Source: Haliotis cracherodii (taxonomy: Eukaryota). From it: a stretch of DNA of 64,000 bases. The stretch spans positions 15,376,001 to 15,440,000 of the forward strand of contig NW_027266297.1 in assembly GCF_022045235.1 (NCBI RefSeq), in the 5' to 3' direction. The position numbers were made by a program, and so were the translations under genes. The notes under the pieces were generated by a model, which was given only the letters and a program-made list of their open reading frames with translations, made no database searches and was not told the DNA's origin. Shown here one piece after another: positions 1 through 13,107 of the stretch. Positions within the stretch are counted from its first letter, which is position 1. Each line of letters starts with the position of its first letter.

Positions 1-81
1 CGCCTCTGCCACTAGCATAGTCACCTTTCGCGGTAAACATGGGTTGCTGAAGACCTATTCTACCCCGGATCTTCACAGGTC
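1..81 (-). mobile_element. SINE family A head (cut by window edge)
   Basis: Reverse complement of GACCTGTGAAGATCCGGGGTAGAATAGGTCTTCAGCAACCC. Confidence 0.85.
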
Positions 82-991
82 AAAGAGACACATACAATGG
101 GTCCAAACCAATCAAACTCATCTACCCACGTCATACAAACCTTTCTTCGTCAGCGGTCGCTTCCTGACACATACACTGATCTGATGGTTCTCTATCGGGT
201 CAGACGATGTGATTGGTCGATACTCAAGGTTACCTCGATAGTTACTGGAATAACAAATATATGTTAGAATGTGAAAAAACATGAATCACTTTGTTTCACA
301 TTTGAACATTCATTTGTATATGTTGTATGGGAAAATTAATTACAATTTAATGAGTTTCTGTAAAATATTCAATTTTAGCGAGTTGGTGACTTGAAATGCA
401 TACAATATCTCCACAAAATGTTAGCTGTGTGGAGTTCCCTGTTAGTTGGTATATATGTGTGCTCTTCGTCTCATCACAACACTGAGTACCAATGAACAAA
501 AAGTTGGCACATTAAATCTGGGTTGGTGGGGTAATCAATACCACATCATATCCCACTTTAGGCCTAATTGGGCCTGGAGCAGGCAAACAGGTGGATGATA
601 GAGTGTGCATCGATGTATACCATCAGCTGTATCAAACCACCTTGTCACCAGTCTGGGTCCCTAGCACATTTGCCAGCAATCATTTGGGCCCAGTTCAAAC
701 AAACCAATCATAAGACCACCTTAACCATGTTAACTCCAATACTTGAACTGAAACAGACTTTATACTCTGCAGGCATAACGACCATCCAATATCCATATAA
801 GAACAGATATCAATGTCACTTTGAACTGAGGTGTCCGTGTCAATGTTGTTAACTATGTGTTAGGAATATCGAGGTATACAACTTGCATCCTGTCATAGCA
901 GGACAGTAATAATATGAACTACTACGGAGTCTTTTTAGGACCTTTTCTGGGGCTATTCTAACAACCCCTTTCTCCACTGCATGTGACCTAC

Positions 992-1139
992 TTGATCATT
1001 GCGTTAAAAGCCCAGTTGGGGTCAGAAGTGTCGTAGTTCTTCTCGTTCACCTCCTTGATTGCCTGCTGTGCTGCTCGTCTGTCTTCTCGACGCTTCTGAA
1101 TCATTTCCACCTCCTTCACACAATTCGACTTCCGCCGTC
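992..1139 (-). CDS. KIF2A: KIF2A-like neck exon: GRRKSNCVKEVEMIQKRREDRRAAQQAIKEVNEKNYDTSDPNWAFNAMI; gene continues off the window start
   Basis: Diagnostic kinesin-13 neck RRKSNCVKEVE...RE.RR..Q...NW.F..MI; gacag acceptor, gtaggt donor. Confidence 0.97.
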
Positions 1140-1401
1140 CTGTCACAAAACATCGTGGCTTGAAACAAGTTCAGTTAAAATCTTGCAATTTTGTTGACAT
1201 GCCTGTTGAATCCACGATTGTCCTCAGTGTGCAGCATTCCCAATTACACTAATGATGGCTGTCACAGACTGAACCACTATTTTGAACAAGAAAACTTGGT
1301 TCTATAGGCTACATGGTATACACATCAACTGTGTCCTTCCTACTTGACAAAGGTTAGATGCAAGATGTTGACAATGGGTGAGGGGTACTGAACACTAACT
1401 A

Positions 1402-1755
1402 CCGTATTCGACGGAATAAGTGCCCCGTTCTCAGAAGTGCTAATATATTGGCTAGTGAACAATCCCAATTATCATCCCTTCCAATTGATCAATGTACACA
1501 AGATTTATTTATTTGTGTATAATACGCACTCGTGTGTTCTATGCGCCCTTAATTATGGGCAATTAAATTCTGGAAAATATATCTGTCGTGCATAATACGC
1601 ACAGACTTTTCTTCTGTATCATTTCAGGCTGTCAGCATAACCCACGAAATTTACGATCTTTCAGCTCTCTTTTTTCTCACCAAAATTATATTCAAATAAG
1701 AGCCCCCTATTTCTAAATTTGAGAGCGCCCTGGGCGCTTATTACGTCGAATATGG
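1402..1755. mobile_element. Tc1/mariner-pogo-type MITE
   Basis: TA flanks; imperfect TIR CCGTATTCGACGGAATAAGTGCCC / GGGCGCTTATTACGTCGAATATGG. Confidence 0.8.
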
Positions 1756-2191
1756 TAAGTCACAAGATGATCATGGGCAATTGAGGGACTGACTCAGGTG
1801 ACATCAAAGGTGTCTGAAAACATGGAGGTGCAAACCCCTGCACAACCCATTTCTCCCCCTGGATACCCCAATGTGAAAGAGTAAGAATTATGAGGTCAGA
1901 CATCAAAATTTGGAATAAGAAACCAAGGACAGAGTTTGTATTATGTCCAGAAATTACAACCTAAGAAGTCTTCTGAACTTATCACATAAAACATACTTTA
2001 CTCCTTGGCATGTATCCAGGGATGAGAATGGATATTTTCCTTTTAAGCTGAAATTCTTTGCAATAGAGTGTGGTCCATAATTTGAGGGTGTTTATGGGGG
2101 GAAGCCATCAGATTTTAACAAATTTGTGGTCGCTTAAATTTGTGGATCCGCAGAAGATTTTCACCCCTGTGTATCACGAAATATTGGAACT

Positions 2192-2470
2192 TTTGTTTGT
2201 TTGTTTGTTTGTTTGTTTGTTTGTTTGTTTGTTTGATGCTTACTGCCGCACTCAGCAATATTCCAGCTATATGACAGTGGCCTGGAAATAATCAGCCTGG
2301 ACCAGACAATCCAGTGATTAACATCATAAGCATCAATCGATGCAATTGGGATTTGATGACATGCATCAACAAAGTAGCTGAGTCTGACCACCTTATCCTG
2401 TTATGTTAGTTGCCTCACACGACCACCATACACTGCTGGGGAGCAATTATAACCCAGCATCCCCAAGGGG
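2192..2470 (-). mobile_element. SINE family A, diverged, long (AAAC)n tail
   Basis: Shared core CTGGACCAGACAATCCAGTGAT...CAGCAATATTCCAGC. Confidence 0.8.
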
Positions 2471-3427
2471 AAACACTGCAAGTGACGAGATTGAGCAGCC
2501 ACCACTGGAACACCATGCTGCAAATCAGGTGGCATCCAGCTTTCCCTGATATCTACTGATATTCAATTTGGATCCCATTTGGTTAAAATATTTCAAAGGG
2601 GTCAGTTTAATCATTAGAGCCCAGAAGTGGTAATTAGAGTTGCTATGGATGCTGTTCATGTGAATATTTAACCATGGTTAATCATGCATCCACGAATTGA
2701 TTTTTAAAATCCCTGGGATGTTGACTGAAAAGATTACTTGACAGTCGTCAGCCAATGGTATTTCTAAAACCACTGCACATAGGCCAAGCATTCTCACTAA
2801 AGATCACGGACCATATCCTAGAGCACACTTAGCACTTTTACAGCTCTAGGAAATCTCCAGGCAAATGCCACTTCCAGTGAAATGGAACTATCAGATTTTC
2901 ACAATTACTTCAATGCAAGCCTACATGAAGGGTGGTTAAGTTTGCTTAAATGTTGCTTCAAAATGGATTTATACTATATCTTGGTATGTCAGCTTAATGC
3001 AGAAGGAAAGAAAACTGACACAGGTCGTTGACGTTAAACACTTTGGTGAACCAAACCTACGAGCACAGGTATGGTGCAGACAGACCAAGGATCATAATCA
3101 GAGCAATTCTCAGATCTGAACACAACCAGCGGATCCTGGTACAGCTAAGGGTGCAAATGCAGTGTCCTCCACCACAAGGCCACCATGCCCTAGAAAGCCT
3201 AAACCCAATGGAAACAAAATCACTCTGACAACATAAGATTATTTCAAATAACCCCTTTCAAATACATTAAGCCTTTGCACAAATACGTGCTGGGTTGAAA
3301 ATTAAAAGAAAGAGGTATCTACTCTACAGTGGGACTACATCAAATTTCAAAACACAGTAGGTTTATCTCCTAAATTTCAGCTAAGCATAAAAATGTGATG
3401 AGTGATGCAGAAGTTTACAGAGTCTAC

Positions 3428-3604
3428 CCATCATGACCACAGGTACAGAGTGTTCACTGTTTGATGACTGCGACACAGGACACTGACCCCCAAGTTTCTT
3501 TCCATCATCCTTGCCATCTGGCACTGGTATGGACTGATCCACCTTCCCATTCTGGGCAGCTGCAGGACGTGCTGCATAGCTGGGCCGAGACCGGGCAGAC
3601 GACA
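3428..3604 (-). CDS. KIF2A: KIF2A-like exon 6: VSSARSRPSYAARPAAAQNGKVDQ...VPVVMM
   Basis: ARSRPS...AQNG resembles the KIF2A pre-neck linker; ttccag acceptor, G/gtagac donor; phase 1-1. Confidence 0.72.
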
Positions 3605-3780
3605 CTGGAACACCATCAACAGACATAGGTCAACTCGTGCTTATAGAGAGAAACATGCTTGTACAATATTAGAACGCATTTTAGAGCTTTTTTCCAGCTC
3701 TCACCCAAATAATATATATGGCCAAATGTTTAGTTTATTTCACAGACTAGATTATATTTTTTTATAAAAGTTTTATTGGA

Positions 3781-3942
3781 GTGAGTGAGTAAGGTTTTAC
3801 ACCACTTTTATCAATATTCCAGCAATATCACGGCAGGGGACACAAGAAACTGGCTTCACACATTGTATCCATGTCGATAATCGAACCCGGGTCTTCTGCA
3901 CGACATGCAAACGCTTTAACCACTTGGCTTACTGACCGCCCC
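3781..3942 (-). mobile_element. SINE family B
   Basis: TSD AAGT(T/C)TTATTGGA. Confidence 0.88.
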
Positions 3943-4212
3943 TAAGTCTTATTGGACAAAAATGCTTTCTTTTGAAAAACATCCAAACTTGCTGATTCAG
4001 CATTAAAATCGACTTCCTCACTGCAATCAAACCTCAATACATTAATTTCCATTGTCTCTTATATAATATCACACATGAGTGGACACAAATTTGCAATATT
4101 GATATGTTTTATGCCTGAATACACACAGAATCTAAACAAAGAAGTTTGGAATTTCCTATCATAGCTCACATTCATAATAAACTATCCAAGGTCTATCTTG
4201 ATGACATCTCAC

Positions 4213-4270
4213 CTTTATTAGATGATCTGGCATTGTCACGGTCGCCAGTTCCACCCAAGGATTTGTTACT
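4213..4270 (-). CDS. KIF2A: KIF2A-like probable exon 5: SNKSLGGTGDRDNARSSNK
   Basis: ttttccag acceptor and G/gtgaga donor; 58 nt supplies the phase 0 to 1 switch needed to join the next exon. Confidence 0.72.
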
Positions 4271-4548
4271 CTGGAAAACCATAATACATGCATATGATAG
4301 GGATGAGCATCAGAGGTTTACAGTGTATTGATCACAATATTTGGCTATGCACAAGACCATACTGGGATACGTATCACGATATATTGTAGAATTCTAAACA
4401 TTTAATTCAGGACAGCACTGCAATAATTGCATCATCAATTTTCTACACCTCGGCTATGCCTTTCACATTTGAAACAATTGACTACACCGACATCTTAGGG
4501 CCTCGGATGTTTATGATGGAAGTGAATGCACATCCACAGAAGGGAGGT

Positions 4549-4784
4549 GAGGTGAGGCACAATGGGGTCTAAGGTCGCCTTTAAGATTAACATGAATATC
4601 CCCCAGACACAGAATACTGACTCTGAGCCAACCAGTCCTTGTTACAGCCCTTTAATCCTGAGCACCAGGCAAGGTAAGAACAAGTACCATCTTTTAACGT
4701 CTTTTGGTATGAAGCGCCCAGGGATCGAACCCCGGACGTTCCGCTCTCCAGGCAAACGCTCTACCACGAGAGTATGGAGGCAGT
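4549..4784 (-). mobile_element. SINE family C, internally deleted
   Basis: TSD CACA(G/T)AAGGGAGGT. Confidence 0.8.
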
Positions 4785-5455
4785 CACATAAGGGAGGTAA
4801 CTTAGAATTAACCTCTATCTTTGCAAACTTGCACTGTGAAATTACGGAAACATTTCAAAGGTATTTGTCAAGTGTATTACATTAATTACATGATAAAAAT
4901 CCCTTGAGATAAATACCCTTGAACCATTCACAGCACAGGCATCCTTCTCATTAATAACACTATCTCCATCTTTTATCTCTAACTTTCAGAATTTCTCCTG
5001 CTCATGAGCTCAATGACCTTGAAGAAAACAATTCCTCTGAACGAGAAATAATAATACTGTTATAAATGAATATTCATATTGGGAGGACAGTTCCTATGTT
5101 GCCTGGTGTTCCAAATTTGTTTCTTTGAGAACTTTGTTGTTTAATAACGATATTCCTGCAACATGATGGCAGTCTGTACATAATCCAGTCTGACAATACA
5201 GCGCTTGACATCACCAGCATCGATCTTAACAACTGGGATACGATGACATGCTGTCTGGTGTTGTTAAGAATAAGATCATACTTATGTATCATGAAGCAAG
5301 TGTCATTATTGATAGATTGTCTATTTGCAGCCTCATGTCAATCGAAGGAAACTCAAAACAGTTTATGGTGGCAAATGGGTCAAGTGTATTTATCAAAACA
5401 GACTGGCGATACAGAACAAGGAATAATTGTGCATCCTGCTAAGTAAACTGCTGGA

Positions 5456-5545
5456 GTGAGTGAGTGAGTGAGGTTTTACGCCGCTTTTAGCAATATTCCA
5501 GCAATATCACGGCGGGGGGACACCAGAAATGGGCTGCACACATTG
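5456..5545 (-). mobile_element. 5'-truncated SINE family B
   Basis: 13-bp TSD GTAAACTGCTGGA around the 3' half, as expected for target-primed reverse transcription. Confidence 0.85.
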
Positions 5546-8365
5546 GTAAACTGCTGGAAGTGAACACAACAGGCAAACAATTCAGCCTCAAAACAAGGAG
5601 ACATATTTCAGTTTTCCATTTTACTGATATCCCTTCCTTTTAACACAAACACATTAAAATGTTGTGGCTCAAACATGGTAACCGATTCCCAATAATTTAC
5701 AGGCCTTTCAATTAAATTCAACAAAAACATAACTTTTCATTCGTAATACATTAAAATGTCAACTATGCAAAACGACAATAATACCTAAAGCCATAATTAT
5801 CAGAACCACAACATATTTCTAAAGCATTATCACAACGATTCAAAAACAACATTATACATTTAAAATATACACCTCTCAATGACATAATGAAATGGCTTTA
5901 AAAACTGGAGAAGATGTGATTATCATAAGCTGGTCAGGACTGTAATTAAAACCTAATAATGCAATGATGTAAAATTCATAATATACTAAGTCAAACCTCG
6001 TGTCGACTTCCTGGCTGTCTGGAAGTCATTTGGGAGTCCCAAATATCCAAAATGTTCCTGATGTCTCAAAACCCAGATAACACAAACTTTTTTTCAGGTA
6101 CCCACAACACAAAGTTCGACTGTATTTAAAAGAAGTTAAGGAACACCCAACTCTTTCAAACAATAATAGTTAATCTGTCATGACATACCATATCAACTAA
6201 AGTTTTTTTAGTCATATGGCAGAATCGAATATTCTGTAACTTCTTTTGAGTAGTATAAAAGCTGAAAGTGAAATTCTACATCTAACAGATTCTATAATAT
6301 ACACACAACGGAACTACGCATGCTGCAAAAAATGACTTAAACACAAACTACATATGACTTTACCACATTGCCCATACCGGGCCCTGGACGTCATCATTCC
6401 GTGCAATCTATTCCCACTACACATATGTATATCCATCACACACCCGTTCCTAAAGCTGCACCTAAAGTCACTCATGATAGTATTGTGGTGTGAGGTGACA
6501 CAACAAAAAGGTGGTGAAACAATCAATACGCTCATGCAAGCACAACCTTTGTTATTGTTTAACTGAAACAACTTGTCCAAACACATTAATTATTCACTCT
6601 ATTATGACTTGGGACGGGTGTTGCCCTTATCATAAACATCGCCTGCGGCCTTGTCGTTATATATGAGACATCTCAAAAACAAAGTTGCACATAGATTTTG
6701 TTGCTTGGGTTTTTTCTTTTCTAACAATGTACATAGAAACATGTGTTTATGGCTTGTGTGATCATGATGATGCCATAGTTTCAACAGGGTCAATAAAAAT
6801 AAACAGCAATCACTACAAACATGATGAAAAGATCACTTCATCCATGAGGATGTTTTAAAAAATAACTTAAAGATTAACCATCTTCTCATTATTAAATTCA
6901 ATAAAAATTAAAATAAATTAAAGAAACATTAAAAATAAAATATCTTCAACTTGTTAAAGTTCTAAACTTTACTATCAAGCAAAGTACGTGTTTCTCACAA
7001 TATACCTATTAGGCCAGACCAATTATTTTAAGATAAATTTTCCCCAAAAGAATTTCGTATTAAATTACATGAAACGTAAAATGCTGTGCATTTTTTGCAA
7101 ATTTTACAATGCAAGAGATCTGAGATCTGTTTTCATGTTTATCGAAATTCAGCTCATATTGCCTGACAAGATTTTCAACAAGGTTCATTATCGTTTTTAT
7201 TCTCTCGCTTGCCTCTTGGCATAGTGACCACAAAAATCTATAAAACAAGAGATTATACTGGTCTGGCCTAACAAAACATACACTCTTATCAATCAATCAG
7301 TCTATGCCTTGAGAGAAGCTATAAGGTCAGGTAAAGAGAAATTCAAAACCATCGATCAATATCAACGCGACATGATACATATTCTCTTATATAGCGGCAT
7401 TCATATGGCCTTCATAGAAGACATCAGGTAACACTTCTTCTGCCAAAAAAAATCAATCTTATTGATGCTATGGTTTACCATGAATCAATCCCATCAATGC
7501 AAGCATGATGGAGATGGCTGGAACATGTGATGAAGACAGTCCATGCAAGACCACATCCACAAAAGAACTGAACTAAACAAAAGGGGATGAACTGGAGATG
7601 GGGAGTGTCTCGGCAAGCAGGGTGACGGGCGATGGGTGATGGGCCGTTGCCATGAATAAACTCCCCCGACACCAACAGCAAGGCTTCATTCCTCATTCAC
7701 TTTCTACTGAACTAGATTCTTGGATGTAGATAATGGAACATTGAATTTTGGAAAATAGTTTCGGATGGCAAAGGGACCTCTTTATTTCTTTGTTCCACTT
7801 GGTAATAGGGCTGTGACGATTCGTAGTGATATACTACTCAAAAGAAGTCATAGAACACCCGATTCAAAATACTATAGATAATTTGGCTTTCAGAATTTGG
7901 TTTTCTTTATTTTCTTTTGAGAAGTATACATATTTTTTAATGATGGTTGAAATACGTGCAAACTACGCTACGACTTCCCTTCCTGCCAAATAACATGCTG
8001 TTCTTATCATGATAATAAAGCCTGCATAATTTTGGATTGATACATGACCATACATGACAATCGTTTCAGCCCTATGTTGTCGTGGAGGTGAGGTCACCAT
8101 TCTTCATTGTCGCTATGACACCAGTGTTTTGGGCAACTTTTAAACTATTCATGATTTCAAAACACTAATCACTGATTTGTCTTTACAAATATACTCTTTA
8201 GATCTTTACTCTTATTAAAAGTGCTTCCATTGTCTGTCAGTATCTCACTTATCCCCTATCTACACCCATGGAGGCATGCACTACCCAGACGTGAGCCAGT
8301 GTAAGACGAACGGAACCAGCCAACCAAGGAGAGACGGCAGGCGTGATGCAGCAGGGCAACGCTAC

Positions 8366-8542
8366 CTTGGCTCCGAGGCGCGAGATCTTACTGGGCTGGG
8401 CTAGGCGGGAGCTAGCAGATGGGGGCAAACCCTGCTGGGCCTGGGGGTCCTGCTCAGCAGGATTGTTATCACTAGTACTAGGTTCATCTTCATCCTCGTC
8501 CTCATCATCAGGATCCAGGTCAGGTTCTTCTTCAGGCTCTTC
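8366..8542 (-). CDS. KIF2A: KIF2A-like probable exon 4 (acidic, low-complexity linker): EEPEEEPDLDPDDEDEDEDEPSTS...SKISRLGAK
   Basis: GC-rich open frame between a cccag acceptor (weak pyrimidine tract) and an AAG/gtagcg donor; 177 nt, phase 0-0, fits the flanking exons; no sequence homology recognised. Confidence 0.65.
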
Positions 8543-8569
8543 CTGGGAGTTACAATTTACATTTAACCT

Positions 8570-8932
8570 TTCTACTTGAAATATGTTCATAAAACCCTTC
8601 TAGTTGAACAGATAACATTAAACTTACTCTTTGAACAATGTTCATGAAATCTTACTCTTTGAACATGTTGAACAATGTTCATGAAACGTTTCTCCTTGAA
8701 CAATGTTCATTAAACTCTTCTACTTGAACAATGTTCAGTAAAACTTTTTCCTTGAAAAACGTTCATGAAACCTTTCTCCTTGAACAATGGTCATTAAAAC
8801 TTTCTCCTTGAACAATGGTCATTAACACTGTCTCCTTGAACAATGGTTATTAAAACTTTTTCCTTGAACAATCGTCATTAAAACTTTCTCCTTGAACAAT
8901 GTTCATTAATCCTTTCTCCTTGAACAATCGTC
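8570..8932. repeat. 28-bp minisatellite (TTGAACAATGTTCATTAAACCTTTCTCC-like), about 13 units
   Basis: TTGAA recurs at 8696, 8724, 8752 and onward. Confidence 0.9.
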
Positions 8933-9647
8933 AACATCTGAAAATCTTAAGTACTGAAAGACCACTCCATTATCAGCTGCGTGGGAAACATGAAAGGTTT
9001 GGCTAAAAGGAGACGTTACCCCCACACCTTGAATGTAACCTAAACCAAATACCAGAGCTCAGAAATCCTGTATCTAATGCAACTCCCTCACAGTGAAGAC
9101 AAATCACACTGTAGCCTGTGAAATGTGATTAAACTTAACAAGACATACATGCAAACTATCAAACTATCACAGTTCAGTGGATCCTCAGTACATTCATACT
9201 TGTCAGCCATTGTGACCATTCAATACCAATAAAGCTGATTTTAACAAGCAATGGCCATTGGCCTCAGTCCACAAAGTGATCTCAGCGTCACGATGACAGT
9301 AAGCCTACTAAAGTATGGGACTTGCGTGCACCTTAGCAGTAAGATTGCTTTGTTAAACAGATACCTGGGGACTACGCTATCCCAAACATTAAGCTACTCC
9401 TCTTCCATACTGAAGACACACAATTAGGGAATGATGCATTTCATGATACAATCCTCTGATCATGTCAGTTCACACAGCCTCAGAGTCAGTTAAATACATT
9501 CAGTATTGATTACGTCCCTCATAATTCACTTTGGACTTGTCCTATGTATCATACATACTCTTGGTGAGTAAAACATGATCGTCCGGAATCAAACATAACA
9601 AAGAACATTGTACCATGACCAGACATAACTACATCCCTTAGTTTCTA

Positions 9648-12000
9648 TATTAATCAGCCCTGTATTCTCAATGTTAATCAGCCCCTTTTTCCTAACTCTC
9701 TGTGTTAATCAGCCCCTTATTTCTTAATTCTCCACGTTAAACAGCCCTTTTTTCCCTAATTTCCCATGTTAATCAGCCCCTCATTCCCTAACTCTCCATG
9801 TTAATCAGCCCCTTATTTCCTAACTCCCTGTGTTAACTCTTTCAACACCAGTCAACCAGAAGTGTTTACTGCTGGGACACCGAGTTCCCCGAGACTCGTG
9901 TGATAGATGAAGCCAACATTTATCAAAGAAAATATCTGCTTGTAAAATATATTTGCTACTACATGTTATACACCATTTGAAAGGTCTAATCCTATGGTTT
10001 ATAAATATGAAAGTTATGTTTTTCACATTTTTTAAAATAATGCATTTACAACTTAATTAAATTCGTTGTTAATAAAAAATGTATGCTAACACGTTATTAA
10101 CATCCAGATTAAGGACCAAGGAAGCGAAAACTTGACGATTTTCGGCAAATATATGATTTCATAATATCCACGTACCTATTTCTGTTTTATTTTCATTGTT
10201 TACGTAAATGGAAAATCATTTTAAAAAGAATTATAAATAGTTTCTGTCATCACCCATTTCCCGATAACAGCGACTGTCCGCTCAGTAAAATTAAGAAATA
10301 CCCCCGTTTTCGAGGTTTCGTATGAATAACACGTTCGTCAAAGAATGGCATATGAAACATCGCTGGAAAGCTTATTCCTTCATCTACACGCTCGTAACAT
10401 CGCCTGTTTTTTTTCGTATTTATAACAAGCGATTTTATTGAATTAAAATTGGTTTCTAACGACGCTTTAGTGCCGAAATCTGCCACAAGTTTTGTGTTTG
10501 TTCAATTTTGAGCACGTGACCTAAGGCAGCCAATCAAATTACAGCTGTGATACCAAGCTCATGTTCGATAAATTACAGAAGTTGGCGAAATATTTTTGTT
10601 AAATCGTGTTATTCTGAATGTTTTGATCAGGAAATCACGATATATATTAAAAATATGGAACTTGAATGTATTGTACTAGGTTACGAGCTGTGACAAAGAT
10701 TTTTCATGCATATATTTTTGCATTAAACATCGTGTCCGAGCCGAGAATTCAAGGCGACGAAAGCCGAGATGGCATTTGACTTACATTACACGCGATCGCA
10801 CGAAAAGATGGAAATGATAACTTAGATGTAAGTTTGATTACTTTTAGATATATTTTTGTTGATTTTATTTATTACTTTGCATAATATATTTAAAGATTTG
10901 TTTAAAACGTCTTTATTTTCCTCTTTGACATGTTCGATGTGGACCCGTTGTCGAAATGTGTGTCCGAGAATTTTATTTTCAATAATATCGCGGGAAATAG
11001 TGAATAATTTTTTAATTTATCGATAAAAAATGATAAATTGAAATGGAATATGTATTTCAGACATTGTGAAATGTGATAGATTTAATAAATGAATGGTATT
11101 ACAGGTAGGTCCATAAAAATATATAATATTTTGACGTTACTACGGCTTGGCCGGATAACCGGCCTACGGTGTCTGGGGACTCGATGCTTCTTGGCCGGAT
11201 AACAGGCCTACGGTGTTGAAAGAGTTAATCAGCCCCTTATTCCCTAATTTCCCATGTTAATCAGCTCTTATTCCCTAATTCTCCATGTTAATCAGCCCCT
11301 CATTCCCTAACTCTCCATGTTAATCAGCCCCTTATTCCCTAACTCCCTGTGTTAATCAGCCCCTTATTCCCTAATTCTCAATGTTAATCAGCCCCTTATT
11401 CCCTAATTTCCCATGTTAAGCAGCCCCTTATTCCCTAATTCTCCATTTTAATCAGCCCCTTATTCCCTAATTTCCCATGTTAATCAGCCCCTTATTCCCT
11501 AATTCTCAATGTTAATCAGCCCTTTATTCCCTAATTCTCCATGTTAATCAGCCATTTTTTCCGTAACTCCGTGTTAATCAGCCCCTTATTCCCTAATTCT
11601 CAATGTTAATCAGCCCCTTATTCCCTAATTCTCAATGTTAATCAGCCCCTTATTCCCTAATTCTCAATGTTAATCAGCCCCATATTCCCTAATTCTCAAT
11701 GTTAATCAGCCCCTTATTCCCTAAATCTCAATGTTAATCAGCCCCTTATTCCCTAATTCTCCATGTTAATCAGCCATTTTTTCCCTAACTCCCTGTGTTA
11801 ATCAGCCCCTTATTCCCTAATTCCCCACATTAATCAGCCCTTTATTCCCTAAATCTCCATGTTTATCAGCCCCTTATTCCCTAACTCTCCATGTTAATCA
11901 GCCCCTTATTCCCTTATTCTCCATGTTAATGAGCCCCTTATTCCCTTATTCTCAATGTTAATCAGTCCCTAATTCTCCATGTTAATCAGCCCCTTATTCT
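9648..12000. repeat. 32-bp minisatellite (GTTAATCAGCCCCTTATTCCCTAATTCTCCAT)n, about 30 units, split by the piggyBac element
   Basis: 32-bp period read directly (e.g. 11287 to 11319); about 6 units left and about 24 right of the insertion. Confidence 0.95.
9837..11224. mobile_element. piggyBac-type non-autonomous element, 1388 bp
   Basis: TTAA TSDs at 9833-9836 and 11225-11228; 13-bp perfect TIR CTCTTTCAACACC; duplicated subterminal motif CTTGGCCGGATAAC(C/A)GGCCTACGGTGT near the right end; no transposase ORF. Confidence 0.9.
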
Positions 12001-12137
12001 TGTTTCTAAGCAGAATCATCAGCAGCCCCTTATTTGCTGTTGATAGTGTACAACAACCTCTGAATAAAACTACAAAACACAGCAATACTATCAAATTACT
12101 AACAGTACTACTACTGTTTAATTCATACAGACAACTA

Positions 12138-12291
12138 CAGCGTTAGAATGGGCACTAGTCCTATAGTCCTTGCCAAACTGACCAATAGTTAAGGTGTCAT
12201 TAAGACTCGTAGACATTAGCCATTTTTAAGGCATCGCAATATTTTATCATCATAAGGACAAGTAGACTTAAAGTGTTAGTTTCCATAGCTG
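12138..12291 (+). mobile_element. About 155-bp MITE with CAG...CTG termini and 5-bp TSD (hAT5-like)
   Basis: TSD AACTA on both sides; same family at 43330-43484, 44172-44326, 51572-51727, 55085-55240. Confidence 0.85.
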
Positions 12292-13107
12292 AACTATTGA
12301 CAATTACAGTGGATAGCCTTGGTCTTGAACAGCTATACAGTCTATTTCCAAGTTTTCACATCTTCCACAACTATTTAGTCCTTGCTAATCATGCTAACAG
12401 CAGCATCGATATGATGGTGGTCTGTAAATCATCTGGACCAGACAAACTAGAGATTGATATTATGTGCAAAGTTCCACACCATTGTCAAGGTATTGTGACA
12501 CACAATTTGCCAAGTGAAACAGTAGATCATGAGTCGTATAGTGCCACAGTTAGTGTGAAGTCCAACGATAGGAAACATAGATTTACAGTGCATACAACAG
12601 AAAAACAGAATGCCTTCATCAAGAAAGACAGCATTAGAATTCAACTTTATTACAAGTATGACCATTAGTGTTGTGAAACGGTTAGGATTTTATCATTAAT
12701 CATTGGTCATAAATGGTTTGTTTCGACCGATCAATTAATTATCAGTACATCACTAACCACCAAAGATAGTCATTACCATCAACATTGCAAAGATAAAAAC
12801 TACACAGTAAGGAGGAAGAAGAAAACAAATAGTTCTTGTTCAAACTCAGGCAATGACTTTTGAAAAATGGGTGCAAATGGGTTGGGTGTTTTTCAAAAAG
12901 AGTGAAAAATTGTCTTACCCAGGTGCCACAATTTAGGTCTTTCTGTTTCAAAACAAACAAGATACTGATATGTGGGAGAATTGATTCAGTCAAGCTCAGA
13001 ACCAACCCTATTATTATCTAGCCATTTTGGGACACTTCTTATTTTCTGTCTTTCGTAAATGAAGAGACCAATATGAGATGGTGCGATAGTCATGATAGTG
13101 CTTAATC

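Noticed and set aside
3605-3641. Upstream acceptor at 3641-3640 or the listed ATG at 3626 as the start of the KIF2A exon
   Set aside because: An in-frame TGA lies between that acceptor and the conserved frame; the acceptor at 3606-3605 gives the correct phase
6602-7696. GC-richer patches at 6602-6660 and 7580-7696 as extra KIF2A exons
   Set aside because: No convincing acceptor/donor pair in a compatible phase, and frames end in stops; not excluded as UTR of a short isoform
8570-12000. 28-bp and 32-bp regular repeats as CRISPR arrays
   Set aside because: Units are contiguous with no unique spacers, there are no cas genes, and the context is a eukaryotic intron; these are minisatellites
12273-12668. 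131-aa plus-strand ORF
   Set aside because: Starts inside a MITE, spans a SINE fragment, has a non-ATG start and no protein motif
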